Positions 20,537 to 30,410 of a stretch of 47,185 nucleotides of DNA are shown here, in pieces; position 1 is the stretch's first letter, and each line of letters begins with the position of its first letter. The notes below the pieces were generated by a model that saw only the letters and a list, made by a program, of their open reading frames with translations, was not told where the DNA came from and searched no databases. Position numbers and translations under genes: made by a program. The stretch comes from Candidatus Thorarchaeota archaeon (GTDB lineage Archaea > Asgardarchaeota > Thorarchaeia > Thorarchaeales > Thorarchaeaceae), in NCBI GenBank assembly GCA_011364905.1, contig RDNZ01000021.1:1-47185 (forward strand), written 5' to 3'.

Positions 20537-22276
20537 TTATGAGAGGTAGATACTGCGAACCTCACGAATAACGAGACCAAGCAAGTCTTTTGCTGACTTT
20601 ATAGGATAGACTGTTGCGCCTGCGTCTTCGAGCGCTTTCTGAGTTCTACTTTTCTTCTTGGTGCTTCTACCACCGATATGGAACAGGAACAATTCGTGGC
20701 CATTGTTAGACATCTCCTCAACTGAACTAACAAAATCATCCCAATTCGCGATATCCGCATCAGTCATCATAAGAACCATGACTTTCGCCTCAGCCGCTCT
20801 ACAGGTCTCACTGATTTTCCTGACAGGAGCAACAGTGCCACTTCCCTGATAGGCAAGAAGAACACGCTCGGCTTCGCTTTTCGAATTGGACCAAGTGCTC
20901 GCTATGTTGCCACTTGAGAAATTTATTGCAGCCACTCTAGAGCCTCTCTTTAATGCCACTTCCATCGCAGCGAAAGCGGCGACCAGTGCTGTGTGATATG
21001 GTCCCCGTACTGTTCTGTCTGTCATCGCCCAGGTCATTGAACCGCTCGAGTCTATTACAATCAACATGTCAGGGAGTGATTGAAACTGCTGCTGTCCTTC
21101 TGAGTCCATCTTCAGCCATTTGCGCGTTGACAGGTTTGGTATGAGTATTGGGAATGCTTGGAGAGACTGCACAATGTCTAGGTCTTCAACGGGATCACCC
21201 ATCCTCCAGACCTGTGGAGCAAGAGGGGCATCACCTGAGAACTTTCTTTCGTTAACGTCAAAGCGCAACAATCCTCTTGCTTTGGCTCGGTACCAGAATC
21301 GAATCCATGACTCTCTTGGATCCCCATAACCTGCTGTCAGATACACACTTTCAAGATCTTGGAGGTCGCCACCCAGTTGTTCGACTTCTGCCGCCAATTC
21401 TTCCATCTCGGCTTCGGTATCGGTGGGAGTATCGTTCCTGAGACATCTCCTAGCCACGTCACCATTTCTGACCTCAACGGGACTGCCCATTATCGCGTCA
21501 ACATCAAGCGGCACCAAGACAATTGCTTTTTCCTCAGACGTGCCAGTATCGACGTCTTTTTTGGAACGAGTTTTGGCACATCCGAGAAGTTGCTCATTCT
21601 CTTCATCAGGTAGCAATTTAGCAATGATATCAGCGATTTTCTCGCAAGCTTTGGGCCACCGATTCTCATTGTCGATTGATTTCCTGGCTATCTTTGCGAT
21701 TGCTGTTGCGGCTTCCGAAATTTCTTGGTTAACTTTGGCCAATGCGGGGATTGGAAACCCCCACATTGCGCGATAACAGGACACAATCAGTGTCCATAGA
21801 TCACTATGCTCCCGCATTCGCATTGCTGAGTCATGGATTGATTCATTGATACGTCCATGAGTGAGTGACGGGTGTTGCTTGAGGAGCTTGGAGTCGACAA
21901 CCAAATCCGCAAACAAGTTGCACACGAACATAGAAGTAGCATCGTTAACCCGCTTTCGAGCTGAGGAAAACATTAGACCATTGGTCACTCCATCAAAAGG
22001 ACATAGTAGATAATGCTGAATTTCATGATGACAGACTGACCGTAAGTATGGTTCAGCTTCATTGGCATCAAAATGCAACGGAACCCCGGCTATGTTTAGG
22101 TGAACGGTCCAACTCTCTGAATCAATATAGAAGAAACTTGAAGCCTGTTCTATGTTCTCTATCTCTGGCTCCGGAAGCGGAGGGTGATAGAAGTCCATGA
22201 GAGCTTGTTCCCAAGCACGTCTGGCCACGTCCAGAAGCATGTGCCTATCTTTGGCGCTTGCAGACGCTCGGAACAT
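20537..22276 (-). CDS. HExxH metallopeptidase-like + vWA domain protein (MoxR partner)
   Basis: HHEIQH followed by CNLFAD; C-terminal MIDAS DSSGS and MMTDAD. Confidence 0.85.
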   Translation of the reverse strand: MFRASASAKDRHMLLDVARRAWEQALMDFYHPPLPEPEIENIEQASSFFYIDSESWTVHLNIAGVPLHFDANEAEPYLRSVCHHEIQHYLLCPFDGVTNGLMFSSARKRVNDATSMFVCNLFADLVVDSKLLKQHPSLTHGRINESIHDSAMRMREHSDLWTLIVSCYRAMWGFPIPALAKVNQEISEAATAIAKIARKSIDNENRWPKACEKIADIIAKLLPDEENEQLLGCAKTRSKKDVDTGTSEEKAIVLVPLDVDAIMGSPVEVRNGDVARRCLRNDTPTDTEAEMEELAAEVEQLGGDLQDLESVYLTAGYGDPRESWIRFWYRAKARGLLRFDVNERKFSGDAPLAPQVWRMGDPVEDLDIVQSLQAFPILIPNLSTRKWLKMDSEGQQQFQSLPDMLIVIDSSGSMTWAMTDRTVRGPYHTALVAAFAAMEVALKRGSRVAAINFSSGNIASTWSNSKSEAERVLLAYQGSGTVAPVRKISETCRAAEAKVMVLMMTDADIANWDDFVSSVEEMSNNGHELFLFHIGGRSTKKKSRTQKALEDAGATVYPIKSAKDLLGLVIREVRSIYLS

Positions 22277-22282
22277 TGTATT

Positions 22283-24001
22283 CTATCCTCCAATCTGATT
22301 TTCAATCTCCGTCTTCAATTTCAGTGCATCAGAACCTCCAGATATCTCAAGAAACACAGGTGACTCTGGAGAGTCTCCTGTGGTGTAGATGACAATGGTC
22401 AGTCCATCAGTTCGTACAATCTTTCGTTTTGGAGGCGAAAGAGTCTCTTTCAATATACTAGTCAGCTTCGGATATTGAAGACTGACTATGGTCCATAGGT
22501 CCTGCCATTGTTCAAAATCAATCGTAAATTGGGTTAGTGTGAGTTTATGAAGAGCTTCTGAAACCTGCTTCAAGAGCATACTTCTGTTTGGAAAATCAGT
22601 GTTGTTAAGCAGTTCTTCATGAATCAGAGTGAGTTTCTCAACATTTCGATCACTAATGCCCTTTTCGATATCTTTCACAACTTTTGTGTATCCGGATTTT
22701 CTTAGTTCTTTAGCAAACACTGTGTAATCGAGCCGGACCAGAAGATCGCTCTTCGCCATTTCCTTAAGTTCGTCCATTGCATCTTTTGTTTCGATGCCTA
22801 GCTTCAGTTTTTCCATAATAGCAACTGCAGGGGCTCGTTGTGCAAATCTGGATGTAGCCAATTCTACAAGATATTCAACATACTCGTATATATTCCCAAA
22901 GTAGGGGGAGCGTTCCAGCTCATCCCTCACAAGTCGGGTTCTATGCCAGAATACCAATGGAGCGAGCGACTTGACAATTTCCACACTGACCTCTGGAGCT
23001 CCAACAAGCCACGCAGCGGCCTTCGAGTATCTGTTGAGGTCTTTTGCAGCGCGAACGCTGAGTGGGATTACTACTTTATTGCAGATGCTTTTGGCTGTGT
23101 TAAAGTGACAACCATCACAGAGACCCGACTCGACTGTTAAACCTGAAGATTGGCTCTTGTCCACACGAATGCAGGCACCAAATTCCCTGACAAGTGAACG
23201 CATGAACTCCGATGCCTCCGGTGAAACACGCACTTTATCAGCTAGGTTCCAAATCGTGAGCAGTTTTTCCTCAGTCAACACAGCAGGGACTTGCCACAAC
23301 TCATCAAATCCAAAGAGCCGTTCATCACGGGCGGCCAGAATCAGCTCCAAATCATTCACTGTGGGCATTGTTATGGGCACCGCCATTCCAAATCTATCAA
23401 GAAATGGAGGACCTATTTCAAAGGTCCCTGCATCTGCGGGGTTTAATGTTGCATAAAGACAGTACTCCTCACATCGTTTTATCTCATCATAATACTTCAC
23501 TTCTCCTTCTGCCAGGAGAGACAGTAGTATGTTTTGAGCATGTGGTGTGAGTCGGTTCACCTCATCGATAACCTTCCAAAAGTCAGTAACAAAACGACGC
23601 CAGACAACAACCTCAATTCCATCCTTCATCAGAGGACCTGGCTTTAAGGTCGCAACCATTTTCTCTTCTGTAAGCTGTGGATGCCCTCTTAGGATTCCAT
23701 CCTCTATATCTTCTATGGACTTTCCCGTCATCATTCTTCCGAGCAGTTTGACTAGTGTTGTTTTCCCGCCCCCGTGACCACCGACTAGAAGCATGGCAGA
23801 TCTGGGAACAAGAGCATTAAGTACGCAGGAGCCCACAATCAAAGGAAGTCTTGCGGTCTTGACCGATGTTTTCTTTGAACTTAGGTCATTGTATCGAATC
23901 TCAAGATTTGAAGAGTGAACAAAGAGCCCTCTGCTCTCGACTGTAGATATGACATTCAAAACTAGATCGCGAATCTTATCACTCTGACTCATTAGAACCA
24001 C
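22283..24001 (-). CDS. MoxR-family AAA+ ATPase
   Basis: GGHGGGKT, VIDEVNR, ATLNP, FLDRF and SVRA motifs. Confidence 0.9.
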   Translation of the reverse strand: MVLMSQSDKIRDLVLNVISTVESRGLFVHSSNLEIRYNDLSSKKTSVKTARLPLIVGSCVLNALVPRSAMLLVGGHGGGKTTLVKLLGRMMTGKSIEDIEDGILRGHPQLTEEKMVATLKPGPLMKDGIEVVVWRRFVTDFWKVIDEVNRLTPHAQNILLSLLAEGEVKYYDEIKRCEEYCLYATLNPADAGTFEIGPPFLDRFGMAVPITMPTVNDLELILAARDERLFGFDELWQVPAVLTEEKLLTIWNLADKVRVSPEASEFMRSLVREFGACIRVDKSQSSGLTVESGLCDGCHFNTAKSICNKVVIPLSVRAAKDLNRYSKAAAWLVGAPEVSVEIVKSLAPLVFWHRTRLVRDELERSPYFGNIYEYVEYLVELATSRFAQRAPAVAIMEKLKLGIETKDAMDELKEMAKSDLLVRLDYTVFAKELRKSGYTKVVKDIEKGISDRNVEKLTLIHEELLNNTDFPNRSMLLKQVSEALHKLTLTQFTIDFEQWQDLWTIVSLQYPKLTSILKETLSPPKRKIVRTDGLTIVIYTTGDSPESPVFLEISGGSDALKLKTEIENQIGG

Positions 24002-24165
24002 CTACCACGATGTTTTGTTGGTCTTAACAGTTATGAACCTTGCATGGAACGGCGCGATTTCAGTAGAAAAACACAGAATCGTTTCTTCAGCAAGGTACAA
24101 AAGGACCATAGCCGCGCCTATTTGGAGTCATCTGGTTAGGTTTAAAGAAACAGCGGCGAATTGGG

Positions 24166-25125
24166 GTGCTTCTGATGGAACAGCTGATTATTGAGCTCAC
24201 TGTTTTGGTTTCAATATCATTTGTTATAGGCATCATGGCATCCATGACAGGCATTAGTGGAGGCGCATTCAAGACCCCAATCCTCATTATCATTTTCGCC
24301 CTGAGTGCTGAGCTCGCAGCGGCAGCCTCCCTCCTTTCAGCTTGCTTTGTAGCTCTTGTAGGTACAATTAGCTATTACAGACAAGATTCACAGCTAATTC
24401 ATTTCAAAGTTGGAATCTTGGCTGTCGCAGCAACGATACCGGGCAGCTATCTCGGGATTTTCCTACGAACCATTGCTGCACATGCACATCTTCTACAGCT
24501 TCTGTTTGGTGTTATCTTATTTCCAGTCGCTATTAGATTTGTCTTCTCCAAATCAGATGGCAAAAAAGGAGTCAACGGTCGAAGTGCGAGTGTGAATCTC
24601 AGTGAACTGGATATGAAAAGGCGGGTGACCTTTGTTATCATAGCATTCCTAGCAGGCATCTCAGCCGGTCTACTTGGTCTCGGCGGTGGAACTATCATCG
24701 TTCCTATGCTCTGCATACTGCTGGAATTTCCAATCATCGTGGCTGCTGCAACATCAATGTTCACAATGATTTTTACGTCCCTTGCAGGGTCGATTCTAAA
24801 TTATCTTATCTTTGCCCAGACTGAGTACCTCAATACTTTACTGTATTTTGGGCTGATAATGGGTTTGGGAATGATATTGGGTGGAGTCATAGGTCCAAGA
24901 TATGCCTCAAGAGTAAATGCCGTCCAACTCCAGAGACTCTTTGGTTTCCTGCTAGTTTTCCCTCTGATAAAGATGATGAGCATAGGACACTATCTGTTGG
25001 ATCCTAGCGGTTCAAACTATGTGCTAGCTACTATTGGAGATGGAATAATCTGGCTGGCAATTGGGATTCCAATCTGGGTAATAGCATCCTATCGAATGAA
25101 GTCAGATGGAAGCGAGAATGGCTAA
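24166..25125 (+). CDS. TauE/SafE-family (sulfite exporter) membrane protein
   Basis: Duplicated G(I/L)xGG motifs (GISGG, GLLGLGGG), AAATS. Confidence 0.9.
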   Translation: MLLMEQLIIELTVLVSISFVIGIMASMTGISGGAFKTPILIIIFALSAELAAAASLLSACFVALVGTISYYRQDSQLIHFKVGILAVAATIPGSYLGIFLRTIAAHAHLLQLLFGVILFPVAIRFVFSKSDGKKGVNGRSASVNLSELDMKRRVTFVIIAFLAGISAGLLGLGGGTIIVPMLCILLEFPIIVAAATSMFTMIFTSLAGSILNYLIFAQTEYLNTLLYFGLIMGLGMILGGVIGPRYASRVNAVQLQRLFGFLLVFPLIKMMSIGHYLLDPSGSNYVLATIGDGIIWLAIGIPIWVIASYRMKSDGSENG

Positions 25126-25267
25126 TGAAGCAAGTATGACTAATTGCCACATAGAAAGACTCCACATTATTCCTACTGTTTGTACGGCGCGAAACTATAT
25201 CCAGTCCGAAGATGTAATATGCCTTCAGGCGGAGAACTGCAAAGCCAGCAGCTAGTGGGGTCTAAAG

Positions 25268-26341
25268 TTGGGCGAAGATAAGGAATTCATAGAAACGGTA
25301 GCTCTCACAACTCCAGAGCAAGTTCCAATAGAACGGGTGAACCAACATGCAGTGGTGACTTTTGCTACAGAGTTTCTCAGTCTGCTCAGACGTTTCGATG
25401 CAATAAAAGTACAGATGAATGAAAGAGGTTTAGAGTTTGGAGGCCGGGTTCTACTTGTTGGTCCGCCAGGTACCGATTTTCTAGCGTTTCCCTACTTTCT
25501 AGCACGGGAAGTACCTATCAAGATTGTCCGCTTCAAAATGGAGGGAATTCTTGACGAGAACAAAAGGGCTAATGATGCACTAAGAGGAGGATTCGAATTC
25601 GCCCGAAGAAACTCACCAGCGATACTCTACGTTGAAAAACTGGAGGCCCTTGCGCAAAAGGATTCAATCCAATCAATAGTATTCCAGGATGAGATCAAAC
25701 GCACTGGTTGGAGCGGAGATGAAGTGGTCATTGTTGCAGCTACAACACGGCTGGATCAAGTAGATAGAGAACTGCTTGCCATGTATGATAGGACCTACAT
25801 AGTTGAGGGAACATCTGTTGATGACAGAATTCGAATTCTTGAACAGGTATTGAAAGACCGCAATGATATCGATGTTTCAATTGTTGCAGAACTCACAGAG
25901 GGATGGGGCTTTTCTGATATGAAACACCTAGCAATGAGTCTGTTTATGCAAGAGCCATCCAAGGGAGGAGAAATGTCCAGAGAGAAAGTTGAAGAGCTTA
26001 TCAAACACAGTAGAGTTGCGGCTTTTGGAGATTCGAAGTTTCTCGATTCAGCGATAAGAAAGACTCAGGGCATTCGACAACCGGAGCTCGAAAAGCTGAA
26101 TGGTGAATATCCAGATGGTTTCCTAGATCAGCTATACCTGATGGCAGTGGGAGAAGACTACTCCGAAACACAGCGTGTTATAGAAGTACTGAATGAGGGA
26201 CTACCACTCTCAGCTAAGGATAGAGAGTTTCTGGGGCGATATCCATTCCTTCTAGCAGGCTCAGCTGAAGACAGATTAACCCGCCTTCTAAGAGCGAAGA
26301 AGAGCAGTGATAGACTCCACAGGATAATGGGAAGACAATAG
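25268..26341 (+). CDS. Degenerate classical-clade AAA+ protein (probably ATPase-inactive)
   Basis: Walker A LLVGPPGTDF lacks GK; Walker B PAILYVEK; VVIVAATT sensor; no SRH arginines. Confidence 0.8.
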   Translation: MGEDKEFIETVALTTPEQVPIERVNQHAVVTFATEFLSLLRRFDAIKVQMNERGLEFGGRVLLVGPPGTDFLAFPYFLAREVPIKIVRFKMEGILDENKRANDALRGGFEFARRNSPAILYVEKLEALAQKDSIQSIVFQDEIKRTGWSGDEVVIVAATTRLDQVDRELLAMYDRTYIVEGTSVDDRIRILEQVLKDRNDIDVSIVAELTEGWGFSDMKHLAMSLFMQEPSKGGEMSREKVEELIKHSRVAAFGDSKFLDSAIRKTQGIRQPELEKLNGEYPDGFLDQLYLMAVGEDYSETQRVIEVLNEGLPLSAKDREFLGRYPFLLAGSAEDRLTRLLRAKKSSDRLHRIMGRQ

Positions 26342-29300
26342 ATGAGCGAAACAAAGGTGAATATCGAGTCGATAAGACTGGGGAATTTCCTGTCCTTCTA
26401 TACAGGGACCGTTGAGTTTGATAAAGGGCTCACCGTATTGGCAGGACCAAATGGCTCTGGCAAGACTTCGATATTTCATGCATTAAAATTCGCACTGGGA
26501 TCGAATCAGAGGGAGAATCGTTATAGTAAATGGAGTGATTTCATCCGTCACGGAGCGAGTACAGCTGAGGTGGAGATTGCTGTTCGAGTGAATGGACAAA
26601 GTCGCAAGTTCTTGAGACGCATTGACAAGGATGGCATCCCTCGTGCATATGCAGATGGAAAGCGTGTAAAGGCTGCTGAGCATAAACAGATGATTAGTGC
26701 ACTAGGTTTGGAAACCGATAATCCTCTCGTCTTTATGCCGCAAGAGAGAATCAATGCTATTCGTGATATGGATCCGTTTGAAGTCAGACGCTTGGTTGAA
26801 GAAGGGACTGGACTCGATATACTTAGAGACCGGATTGGACTTCAAGAAGCGGAGGTGGCACAGAGTAGACAGAAACTCGATGCAGCTCTCGCTGAGTCTA
26901 GAACTGTGGAGAGAGAGCTTGAGTTACTTCAGCATGATTTGTCTCGACTAGAGAGAAAGAGAGCGTTACAGGAACAAGAGAGAGAGTTAGAAGAGGAACT
27001 GAAATGGGCAAGCTTTGATGATTTAACGGAACGAATCCAACAAACAAAAAGTGAGAGTGAAGCAAAAGAGTCCGGGCTTGTCAATGTGCTGGAAGAGCAA
27101 AGTGCATTTGAAGAACAGATTTCAGAGCAAGAGAATGCGCGTACAGAATTGGAAACCAAGTTGTCTGGTCTGCAGACAGAAGTTGGCAGAATTGATGCCA
27201 AAATTGAGGAGGAAGAGAGAAATCTAACAAAGCTCAAAGGAGACTCCAAGAAGTACGTCACTGAACTTCATCAGCTCGAGGGCAACATTAAAGCTGAAAC
27301 GCGAAAAGAAGAGAAGCTAGCGGAAGATCTCGAACGAGTTTCTGCAGCCAGAGAGCAATATATGGATCAGCAAAAATCGCTTCGAGTAGAATTAGCTGAG
27401 CTAGAAGAAGAGCGAACTCGAATACGAGATGAACTCGCTGCATTTGCAGAGTGGAACACAAAGAGAGCTGAAGCTCATGGTCACTACAAGGCACTTCAAG
27501 CGGAGATTGAAGGAAAAGACCTTCTCATGAGGAGCCTCCGCGAACGGCTACAAATTGAGGAAGCGGAACTTCAAGCGATAGAGAGCAAATGGTCGCACTT
27601 GTGGGACAAGATAGAGAACACCGATGCAAAAGAACTGGAAGGGAAGAAGTCACAGTTAGAGCGAGAGATTGCTTCTCTCAATGAAGAAAGATTCAGAAGA
27701 ACGAGTTTAGTGGCGCAACTACAGAAGAATATCGATGATATCAAAATAAGACTCTCTGAAACATCCAAACGAATACCAGAATCTGTCAGAGATTTAAGCG
27801 GTGCAATCGCGGAACACAAATTAGGATCAGTCAAGGGACCCATCATCACTTTATTCACAGCTGATGATAGTCTTTCAGCTGCGATAGAGGGAGTACTTTC
27901 AGGAAACCTTCCATTTGCATTTGTTACTACGGATTATTCTGACTATCAGTTGCTGCTTAAGCTCCGCAATCAAGAAGAGGCACCATCGCCTATCATCTTT
28001 TTGAGAAATGAAAATCATGTAGATAAACCGGTCATGCCTCAGGGGGCAGGAATCGAGGGCTGGTTGTGGGACTTACTCACAGCAGAACCTGAAGCTCAGT
28101 TGCTCCTACGTGAAGTGTTCGGAGATTTCGTTTTGGCAAGAAACTCGCAAACAGCATCTAAAGTCGCAACGAAGCACAATCTGAGAGTAGTAACTAAGAA
28201 TGGATTTGTTACAATACCAGATGACAGTCAGATTGTTAGTCACCCGAAAAGCGAGCCATCTGGTATGGTTTCCACTGCGCCGCTACAAGATAGGATGGAG
28301 AGAATGGAGAAAGAATTGAAAGTTGAACGCCAGCGAGTCACTGAAATCATGACAAAACTCGAAAAGCTCTCAAACGACCGAGAAGAAACATTGGATTTGA
28401 TAAGCCAGATGACCCGTTGGGGGTCCACATGGGAACGTAGGCGGACACTGAATGAGAGCATCCCGGAACTTGAGGAGAGAATAGTATCCATTGATGACGA
28501 GCTGAAGGCTCTGCAGCATAACTATGGAAAAGCTGAGAGAGAGCTCAGAAAGCTTGACAGCACACAACCTCCAGAACGGAGTCGGTTGGTGGGAGAGGAG
28601 TCAGCGATTCGAACAAATTATCGACGCCTTCAGAGCGACTTGACCAAGGTTGACAACAAAGCACATGCATCAGAGAGAGATGAAGAATTCAAACGTCAGG
28701 AATTGAAGAAGGCAAAAGAACTCATCATAATGTATTCTGATAGTCTCACAGATTTGCGTAAAGAAGTCAAAGAATCCAAAGATGCAACCTCTTCAATTCT
28801 CGAGAAGATAGAACTAATGCAAGAAAGCAGAGAGAAGACCGAGAAGTATCAAGCAGAGATAAAAGATGAACTCGCAGAGATTCGGACTAAAACTAGAACG
28901 CTAAGTGAGCGTCTTGTAGAGTTGAACCTTCTCATAAAGAATCGACGACTCGAGGTTCTGCAACTAAAAAGGCAACTGACAAACCTTCAGTATGATCTTG
29001 AAGTGATTGAACAAGAACTACAGGGAAAAACAAGACCAAGGAGCATTCGTGCAATTGATCCAGTCCGAAGTGAGCTTGTGAAATTGCGGCACATACTAGA
29101 TGATTATCAAGATGTTTCAGAAACAGTCGCACATACTGAAAACCTATTGAAAGGCAGACTCGGAGAGCTTGTTGAACGGGTTTCTGAGCTGAGTGAAGAA
29201 CTTGACGAAGCAGAGTCTGCAGTCAGGAACATAAGAGAGCAGTATCATAATGGCATGAATGCAACCCTTCGAAATGTGGAAAAAGGTGTGAATCAAGTAT

Positions 29301-29710
29301 TAGGACGTGTGCAGTTTCCTGGTAGCGTCCAGTTTAGACTTGCCTTGAGAGATGGGAGATATGGGGTTGAGTTCAAGTCGAGGATTAAGACTGAGGGCTT
29401 TGGTGACATCAGTGCTGGTTCTGGTGGCGAAAGGTCACTCATTGCTATTGGCTTGATATTGGCGCTGCAGAAGTTCAATCCGGCCCCGGTCTATGTTATG
29501 GACGAGGTTGACACATTTCTTGATGCTACTAACACCGAACTCGTAAGTCGGCTCTTTCATGACGCCTCACGCCGCAGTCAATTCATAATATTAACACCAG
29601 CTAAGAGCACTCATCTTCTAAAACATGCCGACAAGATACTGGGAGTCGTGTCCCCAAATGGTGTGGACCCCTCGGTGATAATCGAAAGTCCAAAATTCAA
29701 GGCACAATAA
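26342..29710 (+). CDS. smc: SMC ATPase with Smc5/6-like signatures
   Basis: GPNGSGKT; NPLVFMPQE; coiled coils with central hinge; SGGERS; VMDEVDTFLD. Confidence 0.93.
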   Translation: MSETKVNIESIRLGNFLSFYTGTVEFDKGLTVLAGPNGSGKTSIFHALKFALGSNQRENRYSKWSDFIRHGASTAEVEIAVRVNGQSRKFLRRIDKDGIPRAYADGKRVKAAEHKQMISALGLETDNPLVFMPQERINAIRDMDPFEVRRLVEEGTGLDILRDRIGLQEAEVAQSRQKLDAALAESRTVERELELLQHDLSRLERKRALQEQERELEEELKWASFDDLTERIQQTKSESEAKESGLVNVLEEQSAFEEQISEQENARTELETKLSGLQTEVGRIDAKIEEEERNLTKLKGDSKKYVTELHQLEGNIKAETRKEEKLAEDLERVSAAREQYMDQQKSLRVELAELEEERTRIRDELAAFAEWNTKRAEAHGHYKALQAEIEGKDLLMRSLRERLQIEEAELQAIESKWSHLWDKIENTDAKELEGKKSQLEREIASLNEERFRRTSLVAQLQKNIDDIKIRLSETSKRIPESVRDLSGAIAEHKLGSVKGPIITLFTADDSLSAAIEGVLSGNLPFAFVTTDYSDYQLLLKLRNQEEAPSPIIFLRNENHVDKPVMPQGAGIEGWLWDLLTAEPEAQLLLREVFGDFVLARNSQTASKVATKHNLRVVTKNGFVTIPDDSQIVSHPKSEPSGMVSTAPLQDRMERMEKELKVERQRVTEIMTKLEKLSNDREETLDLISQMTRWGSTWERRRTLNESIPELEERIVSIDDELKALQHNYGKAERELRKLDSTQPPERSRLVGEESAIRTNYRRLQSDLTKVDNKAHASERDEEFKRQELKKAKELIIMYSDSLTDLRKEVKESKDATSSILEKIELMQESREKTEKYQAEIKDELAEIRTKTRTLSERLVELNLLIKNRRLEVLQLKRQLTNLQYDLEVIEQELQGKTRPRSIRAIDPVRSELVKLRHILDDYQDVSETVAHTENLLKGRLGELVERVSELSEELDEAESAVRNIREQYHNGMNATLRNVEKGVNQVLGRVQFPGSVQFRLALRDGRYGVEFKSRIKTEGFGDISAGSGGERSLIAIGLILALQKFNPAPVYVMDEVDTFLDATNTELVSRLFHDASRRSQFIILTPAKSTHLLKHADKILGVVSPNGVDPSVIIESPKFKAQ

Positions 29711-29722
29711 GAGTGAATCATC

Positions 29723-30382
29723 ATGAGTGAAAACGAGAGTCTTGTAAGAAGCGTCTTCAACATGGTGCAAGCTGTACGTGCAGGCGAAATTGATCCACTC
29801 GATCTGAAACTAACGCAAGCTTACAAGGATCTCCAAGAGTTAGTTGCCAAGATTGACAGTAAAATCGATATTGATGAGATGCTCAATGAGATTCTCGGCG
29901 ACAAGGTCAATCGGGTTCAGGAACTTGCCAGAATCCTTGCGGCACCGGAGGTGTATGTAGGTCGATTAAAACAGCTGTCGATGAGAGAGTTGGCCAAACT
30001 AATGAAACCGGAGCAACCAGTTGTTATTGGACACCTCGAACACCACTCGCTAGAGGATTCGCTCAATCGAATTGTGACCTTGATCGATGCAATGTCAAGA
30101 GAACCAGCCAAGGAGTCTGTTCCGAGCATTGCATCGCTACCAAATGGATATGCACTTGACACTGAGGATTCTGTCTTTCTAGATGACTTGGAAGAATTCT
30201 TGGCAACAATTCCGGAAGGAGAGAAAATCGGGTTTGATGACTTGATAATGTCTGATGAATTCGACATATTTCTAAGGAGATTCCTCTACGTTGTGATTCT
30301 TGTTTCTAAGGGACGGCTGCATTATGATTCTGTTTCTCGTGTGGTATGGAAACCACTAGTTTCTGAGATTGATACTACGTGA
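29723..30382 (+). CDS. scpA: Kleisin (ScpA-like)
   Basis: GEIDPLDLKL resembles ScpA GEIDPWDIDI; C-terminal winged helix RRFLYVVILVSKGRL; directly after smc. Confidence 0.72.
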   Translation: MSENESLVRSVFNMVQAVRAGEIDPLDLKLTQAYKDLQELVAKIDSKIDIDEMLNEILGDKVNRVQELARILAAPEVYVGRLKQLSMRELAKLMKPEQPVVIGHLEHHSLEDSLNRIVTLIDAMSREPAKESVPSIASLPNGYALDTEDSVFLDDLEEFLATIPEGEKIGFDDLIMSDEFDIFLRRFLYVVILVSKGRLHYDSVSRVVWKPLVSEIDTT

Positions 30383-30410
30383 ACAAAAGGAGTTGAGGCC
30401 TGTTTCTTGA

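Noticed and set aside
22277-26344. Genome-wide TAG recoding (pyrrolysine), suggested by in-frame TAG junctions at MoxR-vWA and AAA-smc
   Set aside because: TAG ends HMG-CoA synthase, Nnr and others at their expected C-termini; no internal TAG splits a conserved gene; in-frame junctions occur about 1 in 3 by chance
25268-30382. Wadjet/MksBEFG defence system
   Set aside because: No JetD/MksG Toprim nuclease, the gene order differs, and the SMC motifs are not MukB/MksB-like
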